This document shows positions 8,605 through 16,911 of a stretch of DNA of 64,000 nt, one piece after another (positions within the stretch are counted from its first letter, which is position 1; each line of letters opens with the position of its first letter). The stretch comes from Patescibacteria group bacterium (GTDB lineage Bacteria > Patescibacteriota > Patescibacteriia > Patescibacteriales > UBA12465), in assembly GCA_041649315.1 (NCBI GenBank), contig JBAZNJ010000004.1:25060-89059 (forward strand), given 5' to 3'. Position numbers and translations under genes: made by a program. The notes under the pieces are model-generated. The model was given only the letters and a program-made list of their open reading frames with translations, was not told the origin of the DNA and searched no databases.

Positions 8605-9102
8605 ATGCTGAGTATCAACAACACCACGAAACAAGCAATAAATTCCCAAAAAATTCAGGCCTTGGCCGGAAAGTTTTGGCGCGTTTATAAATTAGCCGAT
8701 AGGGAAGTTTCTTTGGCTTTGGTCGGGCCGGCGGCGATCCGCCGTTTAAACCGGAAGTATCGGGGAATAGATAAAGCGACTGATGTTTTGTCTTTTCCGG
8801 CGGGGCCGATTCGGGGAGAAAACACTAAATATTTAGGAGAAATCATTATTAATTTAACGGAAACAAAAAAGCTTTCTAAATATCGAGAAATGTTTGAGGA
8901 AATAGGAATGGAAGAATTTGCGGTTTTAAGCTGCCAATCTGACTTGAGTCAAAAGAAGAGGCACGCAATAGAAAATTATCTTTTTTATTTTTTATTAGTC
9001 CATGGCTTACTCCATCTTTTAGGTTATGACGATCGGAATGAAAAAAGCAGTAAGGAAATGTTAAAAATCGGCCAGAGCTTTTTGGCGCGTAATTTGCCTT
9101 AA
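8605..9102 (+). CDS. ybeY: Endoribonuclease YbeY (rRNA maturation factor)
   Basis: 165 aa. Zinc-binding motif HGLLHLLGYDD near the C-terminus and a conserved N-terminal LNRKYRGIDKATDVLSFP block. Confidence 0.8.
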   Translation: MLSINNTTKQAINSQKIQALAGKFWRVYKLADREVSLALVGPAAIRRLNRKYRGIDKATDVLSFPAGPIRGENTKYLGEIIINLTETKKLSKYREMFEEIGMEEFAVLSCQSDLSQKKRHAIENYLFYFLLVHGLLHLLGYDDRNEKSSKEMLKIGQSFLARNLP

Positions 9103-9261
9103 AATTTATTTTATAATTATTTAAAATATTAAGCCTTTAGGGTTTGACTAAATAACTCTTAAAATAATTCCTAAAATTATAAAAAAATGTTATAATTTCT
9201 TTAGAATAAAGCGGAAGTCAAACACTTGAAAAGGGTTTTGACGGCCGTTTTTAGGATAATC

Positions 9262-10725
9262 ATGATCGGAAATATCCGGAAAATTCGCTGGCTTATTTTT
9301 GGCGTTTTGTTAATCGCCGGTTTTTTCATATTTAAAAATATTCCCGTGGCCTGGGCGGCGACTTCAACGATTCGGGGCGCGGCTTGGTGGGGCGATGAGG
9401 CGCAATATCTTTATTTTGATTGCCTTGACGATTATAGCGGCGACCGGCTTGATGTTTCCGGCAATCTTTATTCTTATCCAATACCGCGCGGTTTTCATTT
9501 TTATTCCGCGCCTTGCACTAATTATCATAAGACCTCGATCGGGAATGACGGCAATCTTTTCGGCGTAGCCTGGAATTATGTTAACGGCTATGTTTCTTTC
9601 GAGGCGACGAGTACGCCGGATACGTCCGCGCCGCCGGATAATTACGCTTTTAATGTTAATTGTCCGAATTCCTGCACAGCCGGAAATAATTGCTGGGCCT
9701 GTTATAACGAGACGACCCAGCGGCTTTACGGTTGGGGGCGGGCGGTTGATGACGGAACCTGGATAAATTTAAGTAGTGCCTCGCCTTTACCGGTTCATCT
9801 TCAGTCCTGGGATTATCTTAATAATTCGGTTCTGCCCGGGCAGGGAATTGAACCGGGTGATTTTGTCGGCGATGCCGAGAGCTCGCTCGGGGATTTAAGC
9901 TTTAATTGTAAAAGCGAGGGCGGAGTCGGCAATTGTGCCGAGCGGGATTATAAAGTTTATATTAGTAATTTGCGCGTCGGCCATTTATCCGCGCCGAATT
10001 GGAGCTATTCTTCGGCTTGCGCCGATACGGCTTTGCGGGCGGTTTTAAGATGGTATGTATCGAGCGGCGAGCAGGCCGGTTATGAGATCGTGGTTAATAC
10101 GGTTGATGATTTTGATATCGGAACGAATAATTATGTCTGTTGGAGCGGCGTGAAGACGCCCTCAACCGCGACCCAATATATTATTCCGAATTCCGATCCG
10201 GGCTGTCCGGCGCTTGATTATAATACTAATTATTATTGGTGGATCCGGCTTTATTATTTAGAAGGTGAAGATTATTATCCGACCGAATGGTACCAGTTCG
10301 GCGAAGTTGACGGACATAATGGAGCGCTTGATGAACGGACTGATGGCGATCCGGATGTGAATATAAAAACTTTTACGACCTATCGCCATGAATTCCCCAG
10401 TCCCTTTTTTACCTGGAATCCCTTTGAAGTTTTAGTCGGCACGACTACGGAATTTACAAGTGATTCTTCTTATTATACCGATGCTAATCCGAATATTTCC
10501 ACGGCTTGTTCCGGTTCATTTTGTTCTTATCTCTGGTCGACCAACGACGCCGGGGCGGACATCAGCGATTTGACCGGCGCCACGACTTCAATGATTTTTT
10601 ATCGGGCAACGAATACAACCGTGACTTTAAGAGTTACGGATCCGGACGACTATTATTGTAGCCAGCCGATCATGCTTAATATAAATTACGGCCTGCCGGT
10701 TTGGCGGGAAGTTAAAGCGGAATAG
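9262..10725 (+). CDS. Secreted Cys-rich protein of unknown function with a PKD/Ig-like C-terminal segment
   Basis: The track ORF starts at TTG 9226. The ATG at 9262 gives a clean signal peptide, MIGNIRKIRWLIFGVLLIAGFFIFKNIPVAWA|ATST. The mature part has many Cys, Trp and Tyr. The C-terminus ends ...TTVTLRVTDPDDYYCS, which is PKD-like. It lies immediately upstream of the minor-pilin genes. Confidence 0.6.
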   Translation: MIGNIRKIRWLIFGVLLIAGFFIFKNIPVAWAATSTIRGAAWWGDEAQYLYFDCLDDYSGDRLDVSGNLYSYPIPRGFHFYSAPCTNYHKTSIGNDGNLFGVAWNYVNGYVSFEATSTPDTSAPPDNYAFNVNCPNSCTAGNNCWACYNETTQRLYGWGRAVDDGTWINLSSASPLPVHLQSWDYLNNSVLPGQGIEPGDFVGDAESSLGDLSFNCKSEGGVGNCAERDYKVYISNLRVGHLSAPNWSYSSACADTALRAVLRWYVSSGEQAGYEIVVNTVDDFDIGTNNYVCWSGVKTPSTATQYIIPNSDPGCPALDYNTNYYWWIRLYYLEGEDYYPTEWYQFGEVDGHNGALDERTDGDPDVNIKTFTTYRHEFPSPFFTWNPFEVLVGTTTEFTSDSSYYTDANPNISTACSGSFCSYLWSTNDAGADISDLTGATTSMIFYRATNTTVTLRVTDPDDYYCSQPIMLNINYGLPVWREVKAE

Positions 10726-10729
10726 AATT

Positions 10730-11413
10730 ATGATTAATTTTTTAAACAGAAAATTATTAACCGGAAAAATATCGTCTGCGAAGGCGACAGGAACTTTCGC
10801 TTCTAAAAAGCTAACCGCGAAAGCGGTTTATGCCGGTTGCCAGAAACTAACCGCGAAAGCAGCTTACGCCTATACTCTAATTGAAATGATCGTCAGTATC
10901 TCCGTGATAACGATGATTACGGCTTTGTTTATTGTTAATTACCGTTCGGCCGAGAAACGGACGGATATTATCATGGCCGCTCAGGCTTTAGTCGCGGATT
11001 TACATCTGGCGCAGAATAATGCCCTCGGCCTAGTTAAATATAATGAAATCGTGCCGGCTGGCGGCTGGGGAGTCAATCTAAAAGCCGGAGAAAATACTTA
11101 TATGTTGTTTGCCGATTTGGAAGCGCCGGGTGTGAGCGGCTATCTTGATTATAACGAAGGGGAGGGGGAAATCGCTTATGGCGCGCGTTTGACCAGATTG
11201 CCGGCTGGAATTACGATTGAAGAATTAAGAATCGGCGGGACTACTTCGGAAGGAGAAGTTAATGTAACTTTTTTGCCGCCTGATCCACAAACCAATATCT
11301 ATGACGGCGTAGCGACTTCAACGAGTTTAGAAATTGAATTAAAAGAAGCGCGCAATAATTCCGTTAAAACCATTCGGGTTAATTTTTTGGGTTTGATTGA
11401 GGTTTTGGATTAG
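10730..11413 (+). CDS. Pseudopilin / minor pilin (GspH/FimT-like) with an unusually long leader
   Basis: 227 aa. The hydrophobic prepilin core YTLIEMIVSISVITMITALF (Glu5 present) is preceded by about 46 aa. That leader contains a direct repeat, KKLTAKAVYA / QKLTAKAAYA. The -1 residue is Ala rather than Gly. Confidence 0.55.
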   Translation: MINFLNRKLLTGKISSAKATGTFASKKLTAKAVYAGCQKLTAKAAYAYTLIEMIVSISVITMITALFIVNYRSAEKRTDIIMAAQALVADLHLAQNNALGLVKYNEIVPAGGWGVNLKAGENTYMLFADLEAPGVSGYLDYNEGEGEIAYGARLTRLPAGITIEELRIGGTTSEGEVNVTFLPPDPQTNIYDGVATSTSLEIELKEARNNSVKTIRVNFLGLIEVLD

Positions 11414-11442
11414 GTTTTATTTTGAGTTTTTGAACAGATTTT

Positions 11443-11952
11443 ATGGCTAACTTTAGAGAAAAATTTAAGTCCGGCTTTACTTTAGTAGAAATTGTCGTGG
11501 TCTTATTCGTTATTTCGCTCGGCCTGGTCGGAGTTTTGACTTTGATTATCCAGAGCATCCAAAGCCAGAGTTATAATAAGAATAATTTGGTTGCTTATCA
11601 GTTAGCGCAAGAGGGAATAGAATTAGTTCGGAAGACACGGGACTCTAATTGGAAGGAATCATTAGAATTTGACGTTAATTTGGCCCCGGGCGAATATTAT
11701 ATGGATTATCTTGACGCGGCGCCGAACGATGCTTCGGCTGATCCGGATAATCTAACGATTTTAAGACAGGACGCGAACGGTTTTTATTTTCATGGGCCGA
11801 GCGGCTCGGGCGATCATAGCGGCTTTTCCCGCCGTTTGATTATTGAAGACCTTGACGCTGATTCGCTTCGGGTTATTGCCCGGATAAGCTGGTATGACCA
11901 TGATCGTTTTTATGAATATGATTTAGAAACGGTTTTGTACGATTGGAAATAA
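11443..11952 (+). CDS. Minor pilin (prepilin-type N-terminal cleavage/methylation domain)
   Basis: 169 aa. The N-terminus ...KFKSG|FTLVEIVVVLFVISLGLVGV is canonical. Confidence 0.75.
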   Translation: MANFREKFKSGFTLVEIVVVLFVISLGLVGVLTLIIQSIQSQSYNKNNLVAYQLAQEGIELVRKTRDSNWKESLEFDVNLAPGEYYMDYLDAAPNDASADPDNLTILRQDANGFYFHGPSGSGDHSGFSRRLIIEDLDADSLRVIARISWYDHDRFYEYDLETVLYDWK

Positions 11953-11966
11953 GGAATTTATAAAAT

Positions 11967-12533
11967 ATGGCAGAGAAAAAAATAAAAGCAAATAAAAATG
12001 CGGCCGCCTTTACTTTAATGGAAGTTATTGTTTCCGTGGCTTTATTTTCTTTAATCATCCTTTCCGCCACGCAGATTTTCAAGCTTGTAATTGATAGCCA
12101 GCGGAGCGCTTTAGCCACGCAGAATGTTCAGGAAAGCTTGAAATATTTTTTAGAAGTAACGGGCAAAGAAATCCGGATGGCTAAAAAAAATGAGGGGTTT
12201 TGCGCCGGAATTCCGGCCGATGAGATATTTCTCGTATCCAGCAACGCGCTCGGAGACACTTTAAGTTTTAAAAATTATTATGATCAGTGCGTTTCTTATT
12301 CTTTAGCCGCGGATGGCGACAATTCCCGTTTCCAGATTACCCGCGATTCAATCACGGATTTTATTTCTCCGGCCAAGATTAAGATTGCGTCTTTGCGGTT
12401 TGTTCTTGACGAAGGCGAATTTACCCAGCCGACGATTACTTTAAATCTCCGCGCCTATGCTCTTGATTTGCGTCAATTTGAATCAGAAATGATTCTTCAA
12501 ACCAGTATTGCTTCGCGGTATTATAAGGAATAA
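11967..12533 (+). CDS. Minor pilin (PilW/GspJ-like)
   Basis: 188 aa. N-terminus ...KNAAA|FTLMEVIVSVALFSLIILS, with Glu5 present and Ala at -1. Confidence 0.65.
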   Translation: MAEKKIKANKNAAAFTLMEVIVSVALFSLIILSATQIFKLVIDSQRSALATQNVQESLKYFLEVTGKEIRMAKKNEGFCAGIPADEIFLVSSNALGDTLSFKNYYDQCVSYSLAADGDNSRFQITRDSITDFISPAKIKIASLRFVLDEGEFTQPTITLNLRAYALDLRQFESEMILQTSIASRYYKE

Positions 12534-12543
12534 ATAAGGAATT

Positions 12544-12933
12544 ATGAAATATATAAACCGGAAGAATTTATTAGGTCATAAAAGCTGTTCCCGGCCAGGA
12601 AGCGCTTTGATTTTAACCATGTTTATTTTAGCCGGCATGCTCGTTATTGCCATGAGCGGTTCATATTTAGTTTTACTCGGGATAAAAGCCGGCGGCATCC
12701 AATCACAATCAATGCGCGCTTATTTTGCCGCCGAGGCCGGAATGGAGTATTTTCTTTGGGAATTAAGGCAGAACGGTTATGAACCGGACGTAGTTTCGGC
12801 GACGCCGATTATGAACGGATCTTTGCCGGCCGGCGGCGCTTATGAGATTTATTATACCGCCTATCCGCCGCTTACTTTCCGCTCAATTGGGGATTTTCAG
12901 AATGTTCGACGAAGCGTGGAAGTGAGGATGTAA
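12544..12933 (+). CDS. PilX-like minor pilus protein
   Basis: 129 aa. The N-terminal hydrophobic segment GSALILTMFILAGMLVIAMSGSYLVLLG resembles the PilX N-terminal domain. It is the last gene of the minor-pilin operon. Confidence 0.45.
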   Translation: MKYINRKNLLGHKSCSRPGSALILTMFILAGMLVIAMSGSYLVLLGIKAGGIQSQSMRAYFAAEAGMEYFLWELRQNGYEPDVVSATPIMNGSLPAGGAYEIYYTAYPPLTFRSIGDFQNVRRSVEVRM

Positions 12934-12950
12934 ATTTTTTGTAAATTTTC

Positions 12951-12979
12951 TTGGCAGGAAACCTAAAAAATGTTATAAT
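12951..12979 (+). promoter_or_regulatory. Putative promoter with extended -10 for the first tail-fibre-like gene
   Basis: TTGGCA (12951-12956), a 17-nt spacer, then TGtTATAAT (12971-12979). Confidence 0.45.
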
Positions 12980-13025
12980 TTTAAGGTAAAAATCCTTGAA
13001 AGGTTGATAAAAAATAATTAAAATA

Positions 13026-15470
13026 ATGTCCTGGCTTCCCGGAAAAAAAGTAGGGATCAGTTTTTTCGTCTTGATGATAGTCGGAGTTTTTTTCTTATCC
13101 GCGAATTGGCCGGATGCTTTGGCTTATCATGAGACCACGACTTACGAAAAACTTTTTAACGATACTTTGACTTCTGATGAATGGAATGATTTATTTGATG
13201 ATTTTGTTAATACTTGGCAGCCGGTGAGTATGAGCGGGCCTTTAGGGATCGGGATGGCCGCGCCGTCTAACGGCCGGCTAGCAATTGACGGTCGGGTTGG
13301 CATCGGAACCGCGACGCCTGATTTCACGCTTGATGTGAATACCGCCGAATTAGTCAATTACACGATTTCCGCCGGGAATAAAAGAATCGGCAATGTTGCT
13401 ATGCCGGCCGAAGATGCCGATGTCGCGACCAAGGGATATTTAGACGCCTCCTTAGAGGGCGGCTCGGGCCAGACGGTCGGGTATTGGGCATTGGATGGGA
13501 ATAATTTATTCGCGTCTTCAACGGATTGGAATGTGGGGATTGGGACGACGACTCCGGCAAATAAGCTTACCATTCAAGGTTCCGGTTCTATTGGTGGCTT
13601 TGCCGGAACGACTGCCAATGCTTATTTAAGAATAACTGACGGAACTGGAAGTATTTTCGCCGACCCTAATGAATTTTATGTCTCCGGCGGGAATTTTTAT
13701 ATGGGGACTTTGAATAATTATGATGTCAAAATTGGAGCTAATGCGGCTGAAGTAATGACTATTAAGGCTGGCGGTAACGTCGGCATCGGCACAACCGCGC
13801 CGACAGCAAAGTTGGATGTTGTTGGTTCCGCGAGAATAGGGGTTTCTAACGATGTTCCTATTAAAACTCTAACGGTTGCTGGTAATTTTAATTTTGATTC
13901 GGTGGCTAATCCGACTAATGCTGAAGTTCAAGGCATGGTTTTGACTAATGGTGGCGCGGGGAGTATCCAGGCAGGGACTTATTATTATGCGGTCGCTTAT
14001 GTGACTTCAGAGGGCGAAACTGGAGCCACGGGCCTTACTTCTTCAGGTTTTCCTTCAATTACTTTAGCGACTGATTCTCGGGTTGATATTTCTAATATCC
14101 CCATTTCTTCCGACCCGAGAGTGACTGGCCGGAAGATTTATCGCTCTCAAGCCGGGACGGTCGGGGATTATTACTATCTTTATTATATCGGAATTATAAA
14201 TAATAATACGACTACGACTTATACGGATAATAGCCCAAGAAGCACAACGGCGACTGATTGGATATATAATAAAAACAATACTACGGCGGGGATAATTTAT
14301 AGAGACGGAATTAGTATGGCGAAAATAGTTAATTATGTAACCGCTTTTGGTTCGAACGCTTTAGCTAATATTAATAGAGGTTCTACAGCCGCAGCTTTTG
14401 GTTCACAAGCTCTACAGTCTAATACGACCGGTAGTAGCAATCACGCCTTTGGACATGCTGCTTTAAGTACAGTGACTACTGGTTCTGGAAATGTTGGAAT
14501 GGGTTATGCCGCCGGGCAGGGCAATCAAATTGGGAGTTATAATGTTTCAATCGGAATGAATGCTGGAAGAAATAATACTTCTTCAAGTAATAATTATAAT
14601 ACAGGAATAGGGACAAGTGCTTTGTATGGTTTAACTACAAACAATATTTATAATACTGGCTTGGGAGCTTTTGCCGGCCAAAATTTCCAGGGTGCTTACA
14701 ATACTTTTTTAGGGGCGAATACCGGCTACCTTAGCGCGATAACTTCTATTGGTGATTATAATACTTTTATTGGTTATGATGTCGGTGATAATGCCACAAC
14801 CGGAGCGGATAATAATATTTTAATTGGGAATCAAATTGATTTGCCTGTTGCTGATGGAGATAATCAATTAAGCATCGGCAACCTTATTTTCGGCACGGGA
14901 TTAGATGGGACAGGAACGACGGTGAGTAGCGGGAATATCGGGATTGGAACGACGACGCCGGCGGTCCGTCTAGAAGTGGTTAATTCCGGGGCTAGTAATT
15001 ATACAATCATGGCCGGCGGCAAGCGCGTCGGTGATGTGGCTTTGCCGGTCGAAGATTATGATGTCGTAACTAAGGGCTATGTTGATGCGACTTTTGTTCC
15101 GGCCGGGACATCGACAATCGCGACTTTCGTCGGCGTGACCGCCAGCACCTATAACGGGAATAACGGTGGAACGGACGGTTATGCCACGGCGCATGCTATC
15201 TGCGCTCTTGAATACGCTGATTCGCATGTTTGCGCTACTTTTGAATTATTAAATTTTATGGAAAATGGCGGAACGCCACCGGCGCAAGACGCCTGGATTT
15301 TTAGCGGGCCGCCGGGATATACGGCCTTAGCGAATGATTGCGACGCCCGGACCGATAATACTTCCGCGGCTTATGGCACTTATTGGCAGAAGCCGGCGAC
15401 CGGCTATCCGGAAGGGCGCGGTTTATTGATGCAATGTAATAATTCAATTCGTTTCGCTTGTTGCCAGTAG
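13026..15470 (+). CDS. Giant surface protein A (814 aa), phage-tail-fibre-like with adhesin-head-like repeats and a Cys-containing C-terminal tip domain
   Basis: N-terminal TM/signal (ISFFVLMIVGVFFLSANWPDALA). Multiple (G)NVGIGTTxP motifs, each followed by ...KLxVxG. P-x-x-x-D-(V/A)-(A/V)-TKGY(L/V)D motifs of the kind seen in tail fibres. A run of about 14-aa repeats (AFGSNALANIN.., AFGSQALQSNTTG.., AFGHAALSTVTTG..) lies at 14341-14760. The C-terminus ends TYNGNNGG...SHVC...GPPGYTALANDC...FACCQ. Confidence 0.7.
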   Translation: MSWLPGKKVGISFFVLMIVGVFFLSANWPDALAYHETTTYEKLFNDTLTSDEWNDLFDDFVNTWQPVSMSGPLGIGMAAPSNGRLAIDGRVGIGTATPDFTLDVNTAELVNYTISAGNKRIGNVAMPAEDADVATKGYLDASLEGGSGQTVGYWALDGNNLFASSTDWNVGIGTTTPANKLTIQGSGSIGGFAGTTANAYLRITDGTGSIFADPNEFYVSGGNFYMGTLNNYDVKIGANAAEVMTIKAGGNVGIGTTAPTAKLDVVGSARIGVSNDVPIKTLTVAGNFNFDSVANPTNAEVQGMVLTNGGAGSIQAGTYYYAVAYVTSEGETGATGLTSSGFPSITLATDSRVDISNIPISSDPRVTGRKIYRSQAGTVGDYYYLYYIGIINNNTTTTYTDNSPRSTTATDWIYNKNNTTAGIIYRDGISMAKIVNYVTAFGSNALANINRGSTAAAFGSQALQSNTTGSSNHAFGHAALSTVTTGSGNVGMGYAAGQGNQIGSYNVSIGMNAGRNNTSSSNNYNTGIGTSALYGLTTNNIYNTGLGAFAGQNFQGAYNTFLGANTGYLSAITSIGDYNTFIGYDVGDNATTGADNNILIGNQIDLPVADGDNQLSIGNLIFGTGLDGTGTTVSSGNIGIGTTTPAVRLEVVNSGASNYTIMAGGKRVGDVALPVEDYDVVTKGYVDATFVPAGTSTIATFVGVTASTYNGNNGGTDGYATAHAICALEYADSHVCATFELLNFMENGGTPPAQDAWIFSGPPGYTALANDCDARTDNTSAAYGTYWQKPATGYPEGRGLLMQCNNSIRFACCQ

Positions 15471-15522
15471 TTTTTATTTTAATAATCATTAAATAAATCC
15501 ATCAAGCCCATATTTCGATCTT

Positions 15523-16860
15523 ATGTATATTGAATCAGAAAAACTGGAACTGAAAAGTACGCTTAATGAATGGCGGGAAATTATTATTTCTTTGTCGGCT
15601 TTTGCTAATAAAAATGGCGGGAAAGTAATTGTTGGTCTTGATGAAAAGGGTGAGCCGGTCGGTCTTGAAATCGGGAAGAATACGCTTGAAGATCTTGCTA
15701 ATAAGATTAAAACGCATACCGACCCGGTATTATATCCCTCAATTAACACATTGACTTTCGGCCCGGGAGAAATAATCGAGATTGAAGTTCCGGCCTCGGA
15801 CAATAAGCCGGTTTTTGCTTTTGATCGGGCTTATTTGCGCGTCGGCCGGACGAATCAGAAAATTAATAATAGCCAGTTAAGGGAACTGATCAAACGTTAT
15901 ACTTTACCGGATTTTGACCGTCGTCCGTTCGAGGGAGGAACGATTAAAACGATTGATTGGGACGAGAAATTGATGGCGGAGGCCGCAGAAAATTATGGTT
16001 TTAAATTCAAGACGCCGGGAGAATTTTTAAAAAAGATAAAAGCCGCTTCCGGCGCGCGACCGACTAATGCCGCTTATCTCTGTTTTGCTAAAAACACCGA
16101 TTCAATGTTTAACGCCTTAATTAGAGCGGCGCGATTCCAGGGGGATAGCACGGTAAAGTTTTTAGACATGAAAGATTTTGATAATAATTTAATTAGCGCG
16201 GTTAATGAAGTTATCAAGTTTATTAAACTCAATACGAGAAACGAAATAGTTATCAGCGGTCAGGCGCGCCATAAGGAGATCTGGGATTATCCGCTGGAGG
16301 CCTTAAGAGAAGCGATTATTAACGCGCTGGCACATCGGGATTATAATGATCCCGGCCAGGTTCAAATTCGGATTTTTGATAATCGTTTAGCGATTTGGAG
16401 TCCGGGCCTGTTGCCGAAAGAAATAAATATTAAGAATTTAGGCCAGGAAAGACGGTCAATCCCGCGTAATAAATTATTGGTGGAAATATTTCATAAATTA
16501 AAAATAATGGAAGTTTGGGGTAGTGGGTTCCGAAAAATTATTGATTTAACGCTCAAGAACGGCAATCCGGCGCCTGAGTTTTCGGAAATCACCGGCGCTT
16601 TCGTAATTACTTTCCGTAAAAGGGAAAAGATTGGGGGAGTAAATGGGGGAGTAAATGGGGGAGTAAATGGGGGTGTAAATGGGGGAGTAAAGTTAGTTGT
16701 TGATTTTGTCAGTCAGTATCCAGGATCAAGAACTGGAGCGATCGCTAAAGCTTTAAACAGATCGGATCGAACCGTGGAAAAATGGTTGGAGAAGCTAAAA
16801 AAGACAGACAAGATTGAATACCGCGGTAGTAGTAAAAGTGGCGGCTATTATTTAAAATAA
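15523..16860 (+). CDS. AlbA_2 (divergent AAA / Schlafen-type) + HATPase_c_4 + C-terminal wHTH putative regulator (COG2865-like)
   Basis: 445 aa. N-terminal ESEKLELKSTLNEW...AFANKNGGKVIVGLDEKGEPVGLE is the AlbA_2 signature. The central REAIINALAHRDY...IRIFDNRLAIWSPG matches the RecG-C-terminal-like HATPase_c_4 region. A (GGVN)5 linker follows, then a short wHTH-like tail. Confidence 0.75.
   Translation: MYIESEKLELKSTLNEWREIIISLSAFANKNGGKVIVGLDEKGEPVGLEIGKNTLEDLANKIKTHTDPVLYPSINTLTFGPGEIIEIEVPASDNKPVFAFDRAYLRVGRTNQKINNSQLRELIKRYTLPDFDRRPFEGGTIKTIDWDEKLMAEAAENYGFKFKTPGEFLKKIKAASGARPTNAAYLCFAKNTDSMFNALIRAARFQGDSTVKFLDMKDFDNNLISAVNEVIKFIKLNTRNEIVISGQARHKEIWDYPLEALREAIINALAHRDYNDPGQVQIRIFDNRLAIWSPGLLPKEINIKNLGQERRSIPRNKLLVEIFHKLKIMEVWGSGFRKIIDLTLKNGNPAPEFSEITGAFVITFRKREKIGGVNGGVNGGVNGGVNGGVKLVVDFVSQYPGSRTGAIAKALNRSDRTVEKWLEKLKKTDKIEYRGSSKSGGYYLK
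16633..16692 (+). repeat. 12-nt tandem repeat x5 (gggggagtaaat) encoding (GGVN)n in the AlbA_2 gene linker
   Basis: Five head-to-tail units at 16633-16692. Units 4 and 5 each carry one substitution. Confidence 0.9.
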
Positions 16861-16911
16861 ACTATGACCATTTCGGTTTTATCGCTATAATATAGTTATC
16901 GGATAATAATT

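Noticed and set aside
9578-9766. Arg-rich 62-aa ORF overlapping the Cys-rich secreted protein gene
   Set aside because: It is an alternative frame of a longer ORF that has a signal peptide. It has no independent support.
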